From Candidatus Omnitrophota bacterium (GTDB taxonomy: Bacteria; Omnitrophota; Gorgyraeia; JAFGHF01): a stretch of 64,000 nt of DNA. Position 1 is the first letter of the stretch. Every line of letters starts with the position of its first letter. A program made the position numbers and the translations under genes. Of the stretch, positions 44,906-54,382 are shown in pieces. The notes beneath the pieces were generated by a model that saw only the letters and a program-made list of their open reading frames with translations, did not search any database and had not been told where the DNA came from. The stretch covers positions 7,167 through 71,166 of the forward strand of contig JBHPFV010000004.1 of NCBI GenBank assembly GCA_042571705.1. Direction: 5' to 3'.

Positions 44906-47056
44906 CTATCTTATTATTTTGCTCAATGCCTGATCGATTAACTCTTTGTCGTCTAATTGCTTTTTTTTCGGTTTTTCCCGCCATAATCTGTCAATTTCCG
45001 CATGCAGCGCTTGCGTTGGAATAACCTTAATCAACCCTGCTTCTTCCAGACGCCGCAAAAACCGCTCTTGTTTGCTTAAGGCCTTGGTTTTTCTATCCGG
45101 CATAAAAACCAAAACATATTTTCCTGAACTAACCGCCTCCGAAACCATCGAGATGCTTTCTCCAGAGACAACAATCACATCACTCAAACCAAAGATTCCG
45201 CCTACGGCCTCGGGAATATTCTCCTGATTAGCAATAACTAACAATTTACAGGATGAAAAACCCGCCAGACTCTGTTTGAGTGAGTCCTCCACAGGCCGGG
45301 GAGTCCGTCGCGAAGTAGTTAGTAAAATCTGAGCACCTAACTGCTTGGCTGATTGTTTTAACTGTGTGATCAGGACATCTATTTTCTCAACAGTCAATCT
45401 GAAATTCTTGGCGTCTCCTCCAATCAACAGCCCGATGATCGGCCGATCAGAGTTAACCCTTAATTCCTGGCCCTGAATTTTATTACGCAGAGCGAGGCCT
45501 TGAGTCCTTAAATACGCTGAATCGATTATATTGGGAGTTATTTTAGTGATCAGCAGTTTCTGGCGCGGTTTTGGCCGGTCATGCTCAGGGACAATAGTTA
45601 AATCAAAATTGCTTGAATTGATTAAAGGCGGCCGCATTAGAATTATATTCTTGGCCTTATTTTTATAGGCAATCAGCAGATTTACCGCCGCCAGAGACGA
45701 CCCGGCTGAAATCACTAAGTCACCTGGCGTATTCAATAGTCGCTCGGCTGAATCTTTGCGCAAACAAATCTTTAGGCAGCGTAAACAGCCGGCGCAATTG
45801 GCCGCGCTAAAGAATGAGCAAATTGAAAGCAGCTGCCTAAAAACGCGATTTTTGAATTTTACCTCAACAGTGCTGATAGCGGCGGATTGATCATCTTTGG
45901 TCTGCTGGATTTTTCTCTTCTGGGCCAATTTAGCCACGGCCTGGGCTTGATTCAGGTGTCCGGCCTTGCCGTCACTTAAAATTAAAATGGAATAGGACCG
46001 CCGGGGATCCTGAGCAGTTAAGACAAATTGATTAAACTGATCCTGCATCGGCTGATCGATCCGTAACTCAACAACCAGCACTAAGATCTTAACCTTTAGG
46101 TTCCGGGCTTTGGCTATCTTCTTTAATTTCGGCGCGTCCTTTTCTGTAGTCACGACGGCATCAATCTGGCTGTTTAGACATTGCCGCTCTATTCTTTCTA
46201 GATCACAGGATCTGTACTGGAAATGATCTGAAAAACTAAACTGAACGACCGTCTCTACTCCCAGTGAATTTAGGCTTGCATAAAAAGAATCAGGATTCCC
46301 CAGCCCGCAGACTGCGGCAATCCTGCGGCCCTTGATCGCTGAATCAACGAACTCCTCTTTAGAAACCAAATCATAAAATCTCAAGGGGCGATAGTTAGCC
46401 AGATAAATCGGCGCCTGAGGATTATAACCGCGCAACCTGGCCCGAAGGCGCTCCTGGGCCTTCTCGCCAGTCTTGGTCCCGGTTAAAATCAATATATCGG
46501 CCCGGGCCAAAGCCGAAACGGGTTCTCTGAGTATTCCCCGCGGGATCAATCGGCCATTCCCGAAAGGGTTCCCGGCGTCAATTAAGACAATGTCTAAGTC
46601 CCGCCCCAGACGCCAGTGCTGAAATCCATCCTCCAAAATAACTGTAACTTCGGGGCCCTTATTTTGGAGTTGGCGGATAAGCTTAACTCTATTTTTTCCG
46701 GCCAGAATAGGCCGGTCGGGAAATTTATCTTTAAGCATCTCCAGCTCATCTTGACCATAGCCGCGCATCAATACGGCTGGATTCTTCCCTTGTTGCTTAA
46801 ATAGCGCGACCAGACTGGCAGTGAAAGATGTTTTTCCGGTACCGCCCCAAGTGATATTACCCACACTAATCACTTGGTAATCCGAATCGAGCCGGCGGCA
46901 GAGGCCGGACCGATAACTTGCCAGGACTATTTTAAGCACGCATCCGTATAGCAAGGAAACCAAAAATAGAAAAAAGCAAAATAGCCGGTCTAACCCGCGG
47001 GGGTTTTTATCTTTGACTAAATGTAAATACCACTGCTTTAGCTTTTCAGATCTCAC
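44906..47056 (-). CDS. lpxK: Tetraacyldisaccharide 4'-kinase fused to an ELM1/DUF1022 (GtrOC1-like putative glycosyltransferase) domain
   Basis: N-terminal half (about 46006-47056): VISVGNITWGGTGKTSF...LMRGYG...EDGFQH. C-terminal half (about 44906-46005): ILILSDGKAGHLNQAQAVAKL...TSRRTP... Confidence 0.8.
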   Translation of the reverse strand: MRSEKLKQWYLHLVKDKNPRGLDRLFCFFLFLVSLLYGCVLKIVLASYRSGLCRRLDSDYQVISVGNITWGGTGKTSFTASLVALFKQQGKNPAVLMRGYGQDELEMLKDKFPDRPILAGKNRVKLIRQLQNKGPEVTVILEDGFQHWRLGRDLDIVLIDAGNPFGNGRLIPRGILREPVSALARADILILTGTKTGEKAQERLRARLRGYNPQAPIYLANYRPLRFYDLVSKEEFVDSAIKGRRIAAVCGLGNPDSFYASLNSLGVETVVQFSFSDHFQYRSCDLERIERQCLNSQIDAVVTTEKDAPKLKKIAKARNLKVKILVLVVELRIDQPMQDQFNQFVLTAQDPRRSYSILILSDGKAGHLNQAQAVAKLAQKRKIQQTKDDQSAAISTVEVKFKNRVFRQLLSICSFFSAANCAGCLRCLKICLRKDSAERLLNTPGDLVISAGSSLAAVNLLIAYKNKAKNIILMRPPLINSSNFDLTIVPEHDRPKPRQKLLITKITPNIIDSAYLRTQGLALRNKIQGQELRVNSDRPIIGLLIGGDAKNFRLTVEKIDVLITQLKQSAKQLGAQILLTTSRRTPRPVEDSLKQSLAGFSSCKLLVIANQENIPEAVGGIFGLSDVIVVSGESISMVSEAVSSGKYVLVFMPDRKTKALSKQERFLRRLEEAGLIKVIPTQALHAEIDRLWREKPKKKQLDDKELIDQALSKIIR

Positions 47057-48215
47057 CGGCTTGCTCCAGGCTAATCTTGGTCAATAGCGGTCCGACGATT
47101 TCATAGATTACCGTAGTGGCCACGATCGTGGAGAAAATCATCGCTCCGAACTGAGGAAATTCGGCCTTGGCTACTAAAGCTACGCCTAAAGCTACGCCGG
47201 CTTGGGGCAATAAAGCCAAGCCCATAAAATTTCTCGTTCTTTGCGGAACTTGCGCAATCGCTCCGCCCAAGTATGACCCGGTTATTTTTCCGATCGAGCG
47301 AAAGGCAATATATCCTAAGCCCAACATCCCTAAGCTGCCCAATAAACTTAACTCCAGATTTGCCCCCGCCAGGACAAAGAACAAAAGATACAAAGGAGAG
47401 TCAATGCCCCTTAAGGACTGAAAAAATTTAAAACTGACGCTATGGACATTAACTAAAACCGCGGCCAGGACCATATTGGCTAAAAGTACTGAAAAGTTAA
47501 AAAATATCGCTAATCCCGTAGTTAAGAAAACAAAGCCTAAAGTATAAATCAACATCTCAGACTGGGTAGTGATAAAACGGGAAAGAAAAGTTAACACCAG
47601 CGCCAACATTCCCCCGAGCAAACAGGCGCCGGCAATCTCTAAAAATGCGTAAAACACAGCCTGGAATAACAAAATATTAACTACGCTGGCCTGGGTGGCT
47701 AAAACCTTGGCAATCGCGAAAGAAAAGGCAAAGATAATCAAACACCAGGCATCGTCAATAGCTACTATTCCCAGAAGCGTATCCGTAAAAGACCCTTTGG
47801 CTTTGTATTCCCTGACCACCATCATTGTCGCCGCCGGCGCGGTTGCCGAAGCAATCGCCCCAAAAAGCAAAGCAATGTAGAAGGGTTGTCTTAACAAAAG
47901 CCAAAAAGCGACAGTAACTAAAAACCACGGTCCGGCCGCGGCTAAAGTAGACATCCAAATAACCGGCCGGCCAATCTTACGGAATCTGGAAAAGGCAAAA
48001 TTTTGTCCAATGCTAAAAGCAATCAGCCCTAAGACGATATTAGAAACTAGTCCGGATGAGCGCAATAATTGCGCGCCGACCAAATTACCCGCCAGCGGTC
48101 CAATAATAATTCCTAAAAGCAGATAGGCAGTTACCACGGGGATCTTTAGGCGTTGAATCAACTTGCCCGCTAATAAACCTGCTAAAAGAACAAAACCTAA
48201 GCTTAAAATAGTCAC
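47046..48215 (-). CDS. Cation:proton antiporter (Na+/H+ exchanger, CPA family) membrane domain
   Basis: 389 aa, about 11-12 TM segments. N-terminus LLAGLLAGKLIQRLKIPVVTAYLLLGIIIGP is typical of CPA2. Confidence 0.75.
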   Translation of the reverse strand: MTILSLGFVLLAGLLAGKLIQRLKIPVVTAYLLLGIIIGPLAGNLVGAQLLRSSGLVSNIVLGLIAFSIGQNFAFSRFRKIGRPVIWMSTLAAAGPWFLVTVAFWLLLRQPFYIALLFGAIASATAPAATMMVVREYKAKGSFTDTLLGIVAIDDAWCLIIFAFSFAIAKVLATQASVVNILLFQAVFYAFLEIAGACLLGGMLALVLTFLSRFITTQSEMLIYTLGFVFLTTGLAIFFNFSVLLANMVLAAVLVNVHSVSFKFFQSLRGIDSPLYLLFFVLAGANLELSLLGSLGMLGLGYIAFRSIGKITGSYLGGAIAQVPQRTRNFMGLALLPQAGVALGVALVAKAEFPQFGAMIFSTIVATTVIYEIVGPLLTKISLEQAGEI

Positions 48216-48227
48216 CTTGAGCGCCTT

Positions 48228-48707
48228 TTACTTAATTACGCCTTTTTCCCGAAATACCGTTAAAATAATATCAAACAAGCTGATCATGCCAACCAAAACC
48301 CCTTTCTCGACCACGGCTAAATGCGTGCAATTATGTAGTTTCATTACTGCCCGGGCCTTATTGATCTGGACTTCCGGGCCGACACTGACAAAGCGGGTGT
48401 TTAAAATATCGTCGACTACGACCAGGATGCCCATTTCGCTGGTAATGTCGGCGCTTAAAAAATCTTCCTGTTTAGGCTCCAGCTCCAAAAATGGCACTGC
48501 CTGTAACATCGTGGTCAGTTCCGCCGCGAAAGGCTGAAACACCTTCATGATATCCTCAAAATTAACCACCCCGACCAAACGACGATTAGCCTCAATAACC
48601 GGAAGTGTATGAAAATTATATTTACGAAAGGTATCAATTAGCTGACTGAGGGTAGTTGATCTCTTCACTGTCACCACTTCTTTGGTCATACAGTCTTTCA
48701 CCTTCAT
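48228..48707 (-). CDS. CBS-domain pair protein
   Basis: MKVKDCMTKEVVTV...LPV...G.V plus a second CBS repeat. Start moved to ATG 48707 (TAATG overlap with the waaA stop); the track ORF begins 36 nt upstream. Confidence 0.75.
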   Translation of the reverse strand: MKVKDCMTKEVVTVKRSTTLSQLIDTFRKYNFHTLPVIEANRRLVGVVNFEDIMKVFQPFAAELTTMLQAVPFLELEPKQEDFLSADITSEMGILVVVDDILNTRFVSVGPEVQINKARAVMKLHNCTHLAVVEKGVLVGMISLFDIILTVFREKGVIK

Positions 48708-49990
48708 TATCCGCCCCCATTCGAGATTATTGCTTTTATGCACTCTATGTTTCTTAAAGTAGTGCCGCGGTTGCGCTGCACTACCTGCTTGGCCTTTTGG
48801 CCTAATGTTTTTGCCCTTGCTGAATCATTTAAAATATTAGCGCATTGTTGAGTTAATTGCTGAGGATTTTTTACCATTATCGCGGCATCATTCTTTAAAA
48901 ACACCTCGGCGATATCAGAAAAATTAGACATGTGGGCGCCGAATAGGATCGGCTTAGAAAACAGGGCCGGCTCAATCGGGTTTTGTCCGCCGTGGCGGAT
49001 AAAACTGCCGCCGATAAAAACGATTTCAGCCGCGGAATACAAGCTTCTTAACTGGCCGATGGTATCCAAGATCAAAATAGGTAGCGGGTGGTAGGTAGTA
49101 GGTGGTAGATTAGAATCCAGTTCCGAGACCCGCTGTGAGTTAAAACCAGCCTTAGCCACAATTTTTTCAACTTCCGCAGTACGCTCAATATGCCGGGGGG
49201 CAATCAATAATCTTAAATCCTGATAGCGCCGAACTAAGTCTTTGTAGACTTCCAGAACCATTTCTTCCTCTCCCCGGTGCGTGCTGCCGGCAATAAGCAG
49301 CCTCTGTTCATCGGCCAGGTCTAAATCGGCTTTGGGACTGGAGATTAACGGTTGCTCAACATCAAACTTCATATTTCCGGTTATCTTGACTTTCTCTGTT
49401 GCCGCACCTAAATTGATTATCTTTTCGGCATCAGTCTTGGTCTGCATACAAAAAAGGCTAAACTTATCAAGAATTATTTTGAAAAACGGATAAACTAACC
49501 CGTAGCCGCGATAGGAGCCGGCTGAGACCCTGCCGTTAATCAGAATAATCGGGACCTCTGCTTTGCTCAGATTAGTTACTAAATTAGGCCAGATTTCGGT
49601 CTCGGCAACAATAAATGCCCGGGGGCGCAAAAGCTTGATTACTCTTTTTACTATCCACCCAATATCTAAAGGCAGATAAATGACCGCATCCTCTGGCTGA
49701 GCCAGCCGCTGGGCAATTTTATTACCGGTTTTGGTTACCGTGGAAATAACTAAGCTAAAATCCGGATACTGCTCTCTTAAGTGTTTAACTAATTCAGCCG
49801 CTGCCTGAGCTTCGCCGACACTTACTGTATGCAGCCAGATTACTTTTTTATCCTTTAACTTATCTTTGAGCCCCGCGGGGAATATCCCTAAGCGCATTAA
49901 AGCCTGAGGATGATACTTCTTCCTGAGTAAAAAAATCGGCAAATAACACACTGTAAATATGACATACAACAGTTGGTAGACTAAAAACAT
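48707..49990 (-). CDS. waaA: 3-deoxy-D-manno-octulosonic acid (Kdo) transferase
   Basis: VIWLHTVSVGEAQAAAELVKHL, GGSF...GGQNPIEPA. 427 aa. Confidence 0.9.
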   Translation of the reverse strand: MFLVYQLLYVIFTVCYLPIFLLRKKYHPQALMRLGIFPAGLKDKLKDKKVIWLHTVSVGEAQAAAELVKHLREQYPDFSLVISTVTKTGNKIAQRLAQPEDAVIYLPLDIGWIVKRVIKLLRPRAFIVAETEIWPNLVTNLSKAEVPIILINGRVSAGSYRGYGLVYPFFKIILDKFSLFCMQTKTDAEKIINLGAATEKVKITGNMKFDVEQPLISSPKADLDLADEQRLLIAGSTHRGEEEMVLEVYKDLVRRYQDLRLLIAPRHIERTAEVEKIVAKAGFNSQRVSELDSNLPPTTYHPLPILILDTIGQLRSLYSAAEIVFIGGSFIRHGGQNPIEPALFSKPILFGAHMSNFSDIAEVFLKNDAAIMVKNPQQLTQQCANILNDSARAKTLGQKAKQVVQRNRGTTLRNIECIKAIISNGGG

Positions 49991-49991
49991 C

Positions 49992-50861
49992 TCACGCTCG
50001 CGGATGGGCCTTGTTATATACGGATTTTAGGTGCTCTGTGGTAATATGTGTATAGATTTGGGTCGTGGAAAGGCTGGCATGTCCCAAAAGCTCCTGGACG
50101 CTTCGTAAATCCGCGCCCTGATCTAATAAATGCGTGGCAAAGGAATGGCGCATAGTGTGCGGTGATATATTTTCTTTTAGCGAAGTACGCTGAATATATT
50201 TATTAAATATATTTTGCACGCCCCGGTCGGTCAGCCGCTGATTATTTTTATTCAAAAATAACGCCCGGGTATCCTTTTTTTCTTGAGGCTGCTGATCAAG
50301 ATAAGCCCGGATGGCCCTCAGCGCTTTATCTCCGATAGGCACCAGGCGTTCTTTTTTACCCTTACCGTAAACCTTAATGATTCCGCCAATAAAGTCTACT
50401 CTGGCAATATTCAGGCCGACTAACTCATTAACCCGAATGCCGGTGCTGTATAAAGTCTCCAATATTGCCCGGTCGCGCAAGCCGATCAGGGTCCTGGTAT
50501 CGGGAGATTCTAAAAATCTAGCGGTCCGGTCCACATCTAAAAATATCGGCAATTTCTTCTCCAGCTTTGGTGAAGAAACGCCGGCTAGCGGGTCAGCCTT
50601 GATATATCCCTCACGCAGTAAGAATTTAAAATACGAACGCAGGCAGGATAATTTTCTGCCTAAAGTACGTTTAGCCAATTTTTTTTCCTTTAGCTGCGCT
50701 AAGTACTTGCGGATATCCAGACGGTCTACCTGCTGCACGTCTTTATCGGGGAGAAAGCTGCGGAATTGTTTTAAATCAATATGGTAGCTAGAGAGGGTGT
50801 GCGTTGATACGTTGCGCTCAATTTCTAAATATGTCAAGAATTTACTGATGAACCGGTCCAT
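49992..50861 (-). CDS. xerC: Tyrosine site-specific recombinase XerC/XerD family
   Basis: MDRFISKFLTYLEIERNVS.HTL.SY, catalytic HTMRHSFATHLL...LLGHASLSTTQIYTH. The start is set at MDRF; the track ORF carries a 42-aa spurious N-extension overlapping topA. Confidence 0.85.
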   Translation of the reverse strand: MDRFISKFLTYLEIERNVSTHTLSSYHIDLKQFRSFLPDKDVQQVDRLDIRKYLAQLKEKKLAKRTLGRKLSCLRSYFKFLLREGYIKADPLAGVSSPKLEKKLPIFLDVDRTARFLESPDTRTLIGLRDRAILETLYSTGIRVNELVGLNIARVDFIGGIIKVYGKGKKERLVPIGDKALRAIRAYLDQQPQEKKDTRALFLNKNNQRLTDRGVQNIFNKYIQRTSLKENISPHTMRHSFATHLLDQGADLRSVQELLGHASLSTTQIYTHITTEHLKSVYNKAHPRA

Positions 50862-52842
50862 CTTCCTCTTTCTTTTCCGCTTCCGGCAACTTATTGCTGA
50901 TGTGTGTGCATTTGGGATAATTGGAGCAGCCGTAAAAGAACTTTCCTCTTTTTGTCCGCCGCTGCACCAGCCATCCGCCGCAACCATCTTCCGGACACCT
51001 GACTTCAGTAGTAATGCTCTTGGCGTGTTTACATTCCGGAAAACCGGAACAACTCAAGAATCGTCCATGCCGGCCCCATTTGACGACCATTGGCCGGCCG
51101 CAAAGCTCGCAAACTTCTTTGGTCGGGATGACCTCCTTTTTAATCTTTTTTTGGGCCAGCTCCAATTCTTTGATAAACGGCGCATAAAAAAGTTTAATCA
51201 CTTCCGCCCGGGCCAGCTTTCCCTCCTCAATCTGATCCAGGTTCTCCTCCAAAGTTGCCGTAAATTTGGCGTCGAGGATCTTGGAAAAGTATTTAATCAG
51301 CATATCATTAACCGTAAAACCTAAGTCCGTGGGGAAAAAATGCCCGCTTTCCCTGCGGATATAGTCACGCATGACAATGGTCCGCATAATCGGGGCATAA
51401 GTGCTGGGCCGGCCGATCCCCTTTTCCTCTAAAATTTTGACTAAAGAGGCATCGGTAAAGCGCGGAGGCGGCTGGGTAAAGTGTTGACTGGGATTCAGCT
51501 TGACCAGGTCTAGCAACTCGTCCTTGCTCAGGTTGGGCAGGGCCGCCGCGCTTTCTTCCTTGATGTCTTCTGGGCTTGATTCCCGAAAAACCCTTAAACA
51601 GCCGTCAAACTTTAAGCTTGAGCCGGTGGTCTTAAATAAAAATTCACCGGCCGTAATCAGAATCGTGGTTACGGTATACACGGCCGGACGCATCTGGCTA
51701 GAGAGAAATTTATTCCAGATTAAGCTGTATAATTTATATTGGTCACTGGTCAAATATTGCTTTATCGCTTCCGGTTCGTGTAATGGCAAAGTAGGCCGGA
51801 TGGCTTCATGCGCCTGCTGGGCCGACTTCTTGGATTTATATTGCGGCGGCTTAAGCGGAAGATAATTTTTTCCGTATTTGCCGTTAATATACTCGCGGGC
51901 AGCAACTTGCCCATCCTGAGAAACTCGGACTGAATCGGTGCGCATGTATGAAATTAAACCCACGCTGCCTAGATCGCCCAACTCTAAACCTTCATAAAGC
52001 TGCTGGGCAATGAGCATTGTTCTGTGCGCGGTGAAATGGAGCTGATTGTAGGCTTCTTGTTGCAATTTACTGGTAATTAGAGGCGCCTGGGGATTCCTTT
52101 TCTTCTCTCTTTGCCGAATGTCAGTGACCACAAAAGTTTGCTTACGGACCTCTTCCAGCAGCCGCTCAATTTGCTCCTGGTTGCTAATTTCCGGCTTTTT
52201 GCCGCTAATCTTATCCAGCTTGGTGAGAAAGGTGTCTTTGGCCTGTTTCTTTTTAAGCTCCGCCTCCAGCTCCCAATATTCCTGGGGCAGGAAATGCCCG
52301 ATCGCCCTTTCCCGTTCAACAATTAAGCGCACCGCGACCGACTGTACGCGCCCGGCGGAAAGCCCCCGGGTAATTTTTTTCCAAAGCAAAGGGCTTAAAC
52401 TATAACCCACCAACCGGTCTAAGACCCGGCGGGCCTGCTGGGCCTCTACTTTATTCATATCTATTTCGCCCGGATGGGCAAAGGCCGCTTTTACCGCGCG
52501 TTCAGTAATTTCGTGGAATACTACCCTGTAGACCTTGGTGCCTTTGTTTAAGGCCTGCTGTAAATGCCAGCAAATGGCCTCACCTTCACGGTCAGGATCA
52601 GCGGCCAAAAATACCGCGTCCATCTTTTTGGCCTCAGCCTTGATTTGGCTGATCGTCTTCTTGCGCGCCGGAATGATTGTATACTCAGGCAAGAAATCAT
52701 TATCGATATCTACGCCCATTTTGTTTTTAGGTAAATCCATAATATGCCCGCCGGAGGCTTGAACGGTATAATCTTGGCCTAAAAATTTATTAATCGTTTT
52801 GGCTTTCGCCGGCGATTCGACTATTACCAATCCCTTGCCCAT
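50842..52842 (-). CDS. topA: DNA topoisomerase I (type IA) with two C-terminal Zn-ribbon modules
   Basis: TOPRIM LVIVESPAKAKTI, active-site region GLISYMRTDS, CELCGR...CSGFPEC and CPEDGCGG...CSNYPKC. Confidence 0.95.
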   Translation of the reverse strand: MGKGLVIVESPAKAKTINKFLGQDYTVQASGGHIMDLPKNKMGVDIDNDFLPEYTIIPARKKTISQIKAEAKKMDAVFLAADPDREGEAICWHLQQALNKGTKVYRVVFHEITERAVKAAFAHPGEIDMNKVEAQQARRVLDRLVGYSLSPLLWKKITRGLSAGRVQSVAVRLIVERERAIGHFLPQEYWELEAELKKKQAKDTFLTKLDKISGKKPEISNQEQIERLLEEVRKQTFVVTDIRQREKKRNPQAPLITSKLQQEAYNQLHFTAHRTMLIAQQLYEGLELGDLGSVGLISYMRTDSVRVSQDGQVAAREYINGKYGKNYLPLKPPQYKSKKSAQQAHEAIRPTLPLHEPEAIKQYLTSDQYKLYSLIWNKFLSSQMRPAVYTVTTILITAGEFLFKTTGSSLKFDGCLRVFRESSPEDIKEESAAALPNLSKDELLDLVKLNPSQHFTQPPPRFTDASLVKILEEKGIGRPSTYAPIMRTIVMRDYIRRESGHFFPTDLGFTVNDMLIKYFSKILDAKFTATLEENLDQIEEGKLARAEVIKLFYAPFIKELELAQKKIKKEVIPTKEVCELCGRPMVVKWGRHGRFLSCSGFPECKHAKSITTEVRCPEDGCGGWLVQRRTKRGKFFYGCSNYPKCTHISNKLPEAEKKEEDGPVHQ

Positions 52843-52854
52843 TACCGATCCTTT

Positions 52855-52992
52855 CTAGAACCACTCAAATTCATTAACAAATAACGTTGTATCCAGTATT
52901 CCAATCTGCAGCAGAAACATATATCCCGCTACCAAAACAACGCATAAAACTACGGCGATAATCCAAAAAGTATGCCAATGATGGCCGCGCAT
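52855..52992 (-). CDS. Unannotated 45-aa single-TM small protein between dprA and topA
   Basis: Hand translation: MRGHHWHTFWIIAVVLCVVLVAGYMFLLQIGILDTTLFVNEFEWF*. SD AGGAG lies 6 nt before the ATG, and the ATG begins 3 nt after the dprA stop. The ORF stop lies 12 nt before the topA ATG. It is below the track length cutoff. Confidence 0.45.
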   Translation of the reverse strand: MRGHHWHTFWIIAVVLCVVLVAGYMFLLQIGILDTTLFVNEFEWF

Positions 52993-52995
52993 AAT

Positions 52996-53889
52996 TTAGC
53001 TCCTGGCGAATAGTTTGCCTGGTAACTCTTTGACCAGTTTGCGGTGCTGAAGCCGTAAGAGACAGCCGAGTAATTTACCGCTGGATAAACCAAGGCCCTG
53101 CGTGATTTCATCAATATGTATCGGCTCACTGCCTAAACACGCATAAACCTTGTTTTCCTGATCTGGCAAATCCAGTTTGCGGTTAATCTTGTTTTGATCC
53201 CGGGCCAGCCGCAAAAATTTTAGCGCCTCTAATTCTTCGATTACGTCGGCACTGGTTTCAACCAATTTGGCGCCCTGCTTAATTAGCCCATGCACGCCGA
53301 CTGAGGAAAAAGAATCGATCTTTCCCGGCAGGGCAAATACCTCCCGACCCTGCTCTAAGGCGCAATTAGCGGTAATTAAGGCCCCGCTTCTTTTTGCGGC
53401 CTCGACCACGATAATCCCTAAAGTAAGTCCGCTGATAATCCGATTGCGTTTGGGGAAATTTCCCGGATAAGGCGCAGTGTCCAGGGGAAATTCCGAGATT
53501 ACGGCGCCGTGATTGGCAATCCTGGCTGATAATTCCAGGTTTTCCGGAGGATAGATTACGTTTAAGCCACTGCCTAAAACAGCTATTGTTCTTCCTCCGG
53601 CGGCTAATGCGGCTTTGTGCGCTGCGCTATCAATGCCCCGGGCTAAACCGCTGACTATGGTAATGCCCTGGGCGGCTAACTCAAAACCCAACTTTTCTGC
53701 GTTTTGTAATCCGTAATAAGTAGCCCGGCGCGAACCAACAATAGCGATCGCGATATTATCATCCTCGACAATATTGCCTTGCAGATAAATAGCCTGCGGG
53801 GGATCGTAAATATATCTGAGATTGGTCGGATACCCTTTATCCCGAATGGTTATCTTGCGAATTTTGTTCTTGTTCAGCAGCGTTGACAT
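52996..53889 (-). CDS. dprA: DNA-processing protein DprA/Smf (short form)
   Basis: YP..L..I.DPP..LY..G, AIVGSRRATYYG, SGLARGIDSAAH. ATG 53889 is preferred over the TTG at 53892. It overlaps the aroK 3' end by about 53 nt. Confidence 0.85.
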   Translation of the reverse strand: MSTLLNKNKIRKITIRDKGYPTNLRYIYDPPQAIYLQGNIVEDDNIAIAIVGSRRATYYGLQNAEKLGFELAAQGITIVSGLARGIDSAAHKAALAAGGRTIAVLGSGLNVIYPPENLELSARIANHGAVISEFPLDTAPYPGNFPKRNRIISGLTLGIIVVEAAKRSGALITANCALEQGREVFALPGKIDSFSSVGVHGLIKQGAKLVETSADVIEELEALKFLRLARDQNKINRKLDLPDQENKVYACLGSEPIHIDEITQGLGLSSGKLLGCLLRLQHRKLVKELPGKLFARS

Positions 53890-54382
53890 CAATATTTTTT
53901 TTCACCTCGTCCACAACCTGATCAATAGTCAGATTGGTAGTATCAACGGTATGATCGGCCAAAGCGTAGAACGGCGCCCGATCCGCAAGCAGCTGCTCAA
54001 CTTTTGCCTTGGGATCGGCCACATTTAACAACGGACGGTGATGGTACCTCTTGGTCCGTTCTAAAATTACTTCCGGTGTGGCCGCCAGACAGATAATCTT
54101 GCCATTTTTTCTTAAATCGGCGATGTTTTCCTGATCCAAGACTACTCCGCCTCCGGCATCGATTATAAACTTGTTAAGTTGGGCGACTTTTTTGACCACT
54201 TCTTTTTCCAACCGGCGAAAATACGGCTCGCCGTTTTTCTTAAAGATATCATTGATTGAGCGCCGTTCGCGGTCCTCAATCACCTCATCAGTGGAAATAT
54301 ATTTCATCTCCAATGCCTTAGCTAACGCGCGAGCCACCTGTGTTTTTCCGGTACCCATAAATCCTACCAGCACTACGTTCAT
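53837..54382 (-). CDS. aroK: Shikimate kinase
   Basis: MNVVLVGFMGTGKTQVARALA, STDEVIE, GGGVV. Confidence 0.85.
   Translation of the reverse strand: MNVVLVGFMGTGKTQVARALAKALEMKYISTDEVIEDRERRSINDIFKKNGEPYFRRLEKEVVKKVAQLNKFIIDAGGGVVLDQENIADLRKNGKIICLAATPEVILERTKRYHHRPLLNVADPKAKVEQLLADRAPFYALADHTVDTTNLTIDQVVDEVKKNIDVNAAEQEQNSQDNHSG

Noticed and set aside
49992-50987. XerC-family recombinase as a marker of an integrative mobile element
   Set aside because: There are no flanking repeats, tRNA, excisionase or cargo genes. The dprA-topA-...-xerC(codV) neighbourhood is a known housekeeping arrangement (for example in Bacillus). The 42-aa N-extension in the track ORF merely overlaps the topA 3' end.
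50797-51324. 175-aa plus-strand ORF
   Set aside because: It is antisense to the Zn-ribbon region of topA and the xerC start. It has no recognisable motif and is a shadow ORF.
53837-53892. About 53-56-nt overlap between the aroK 3' end and the dprA 5' end, considered as a frameshift or pseudogene signal
   Set aside because: Both frames are intact, with complete motif sets. DprA simply starts close to its conserved YP..L core (short form without an N-terminal SAM-like domain). I found no evidence of a disrupted frame.
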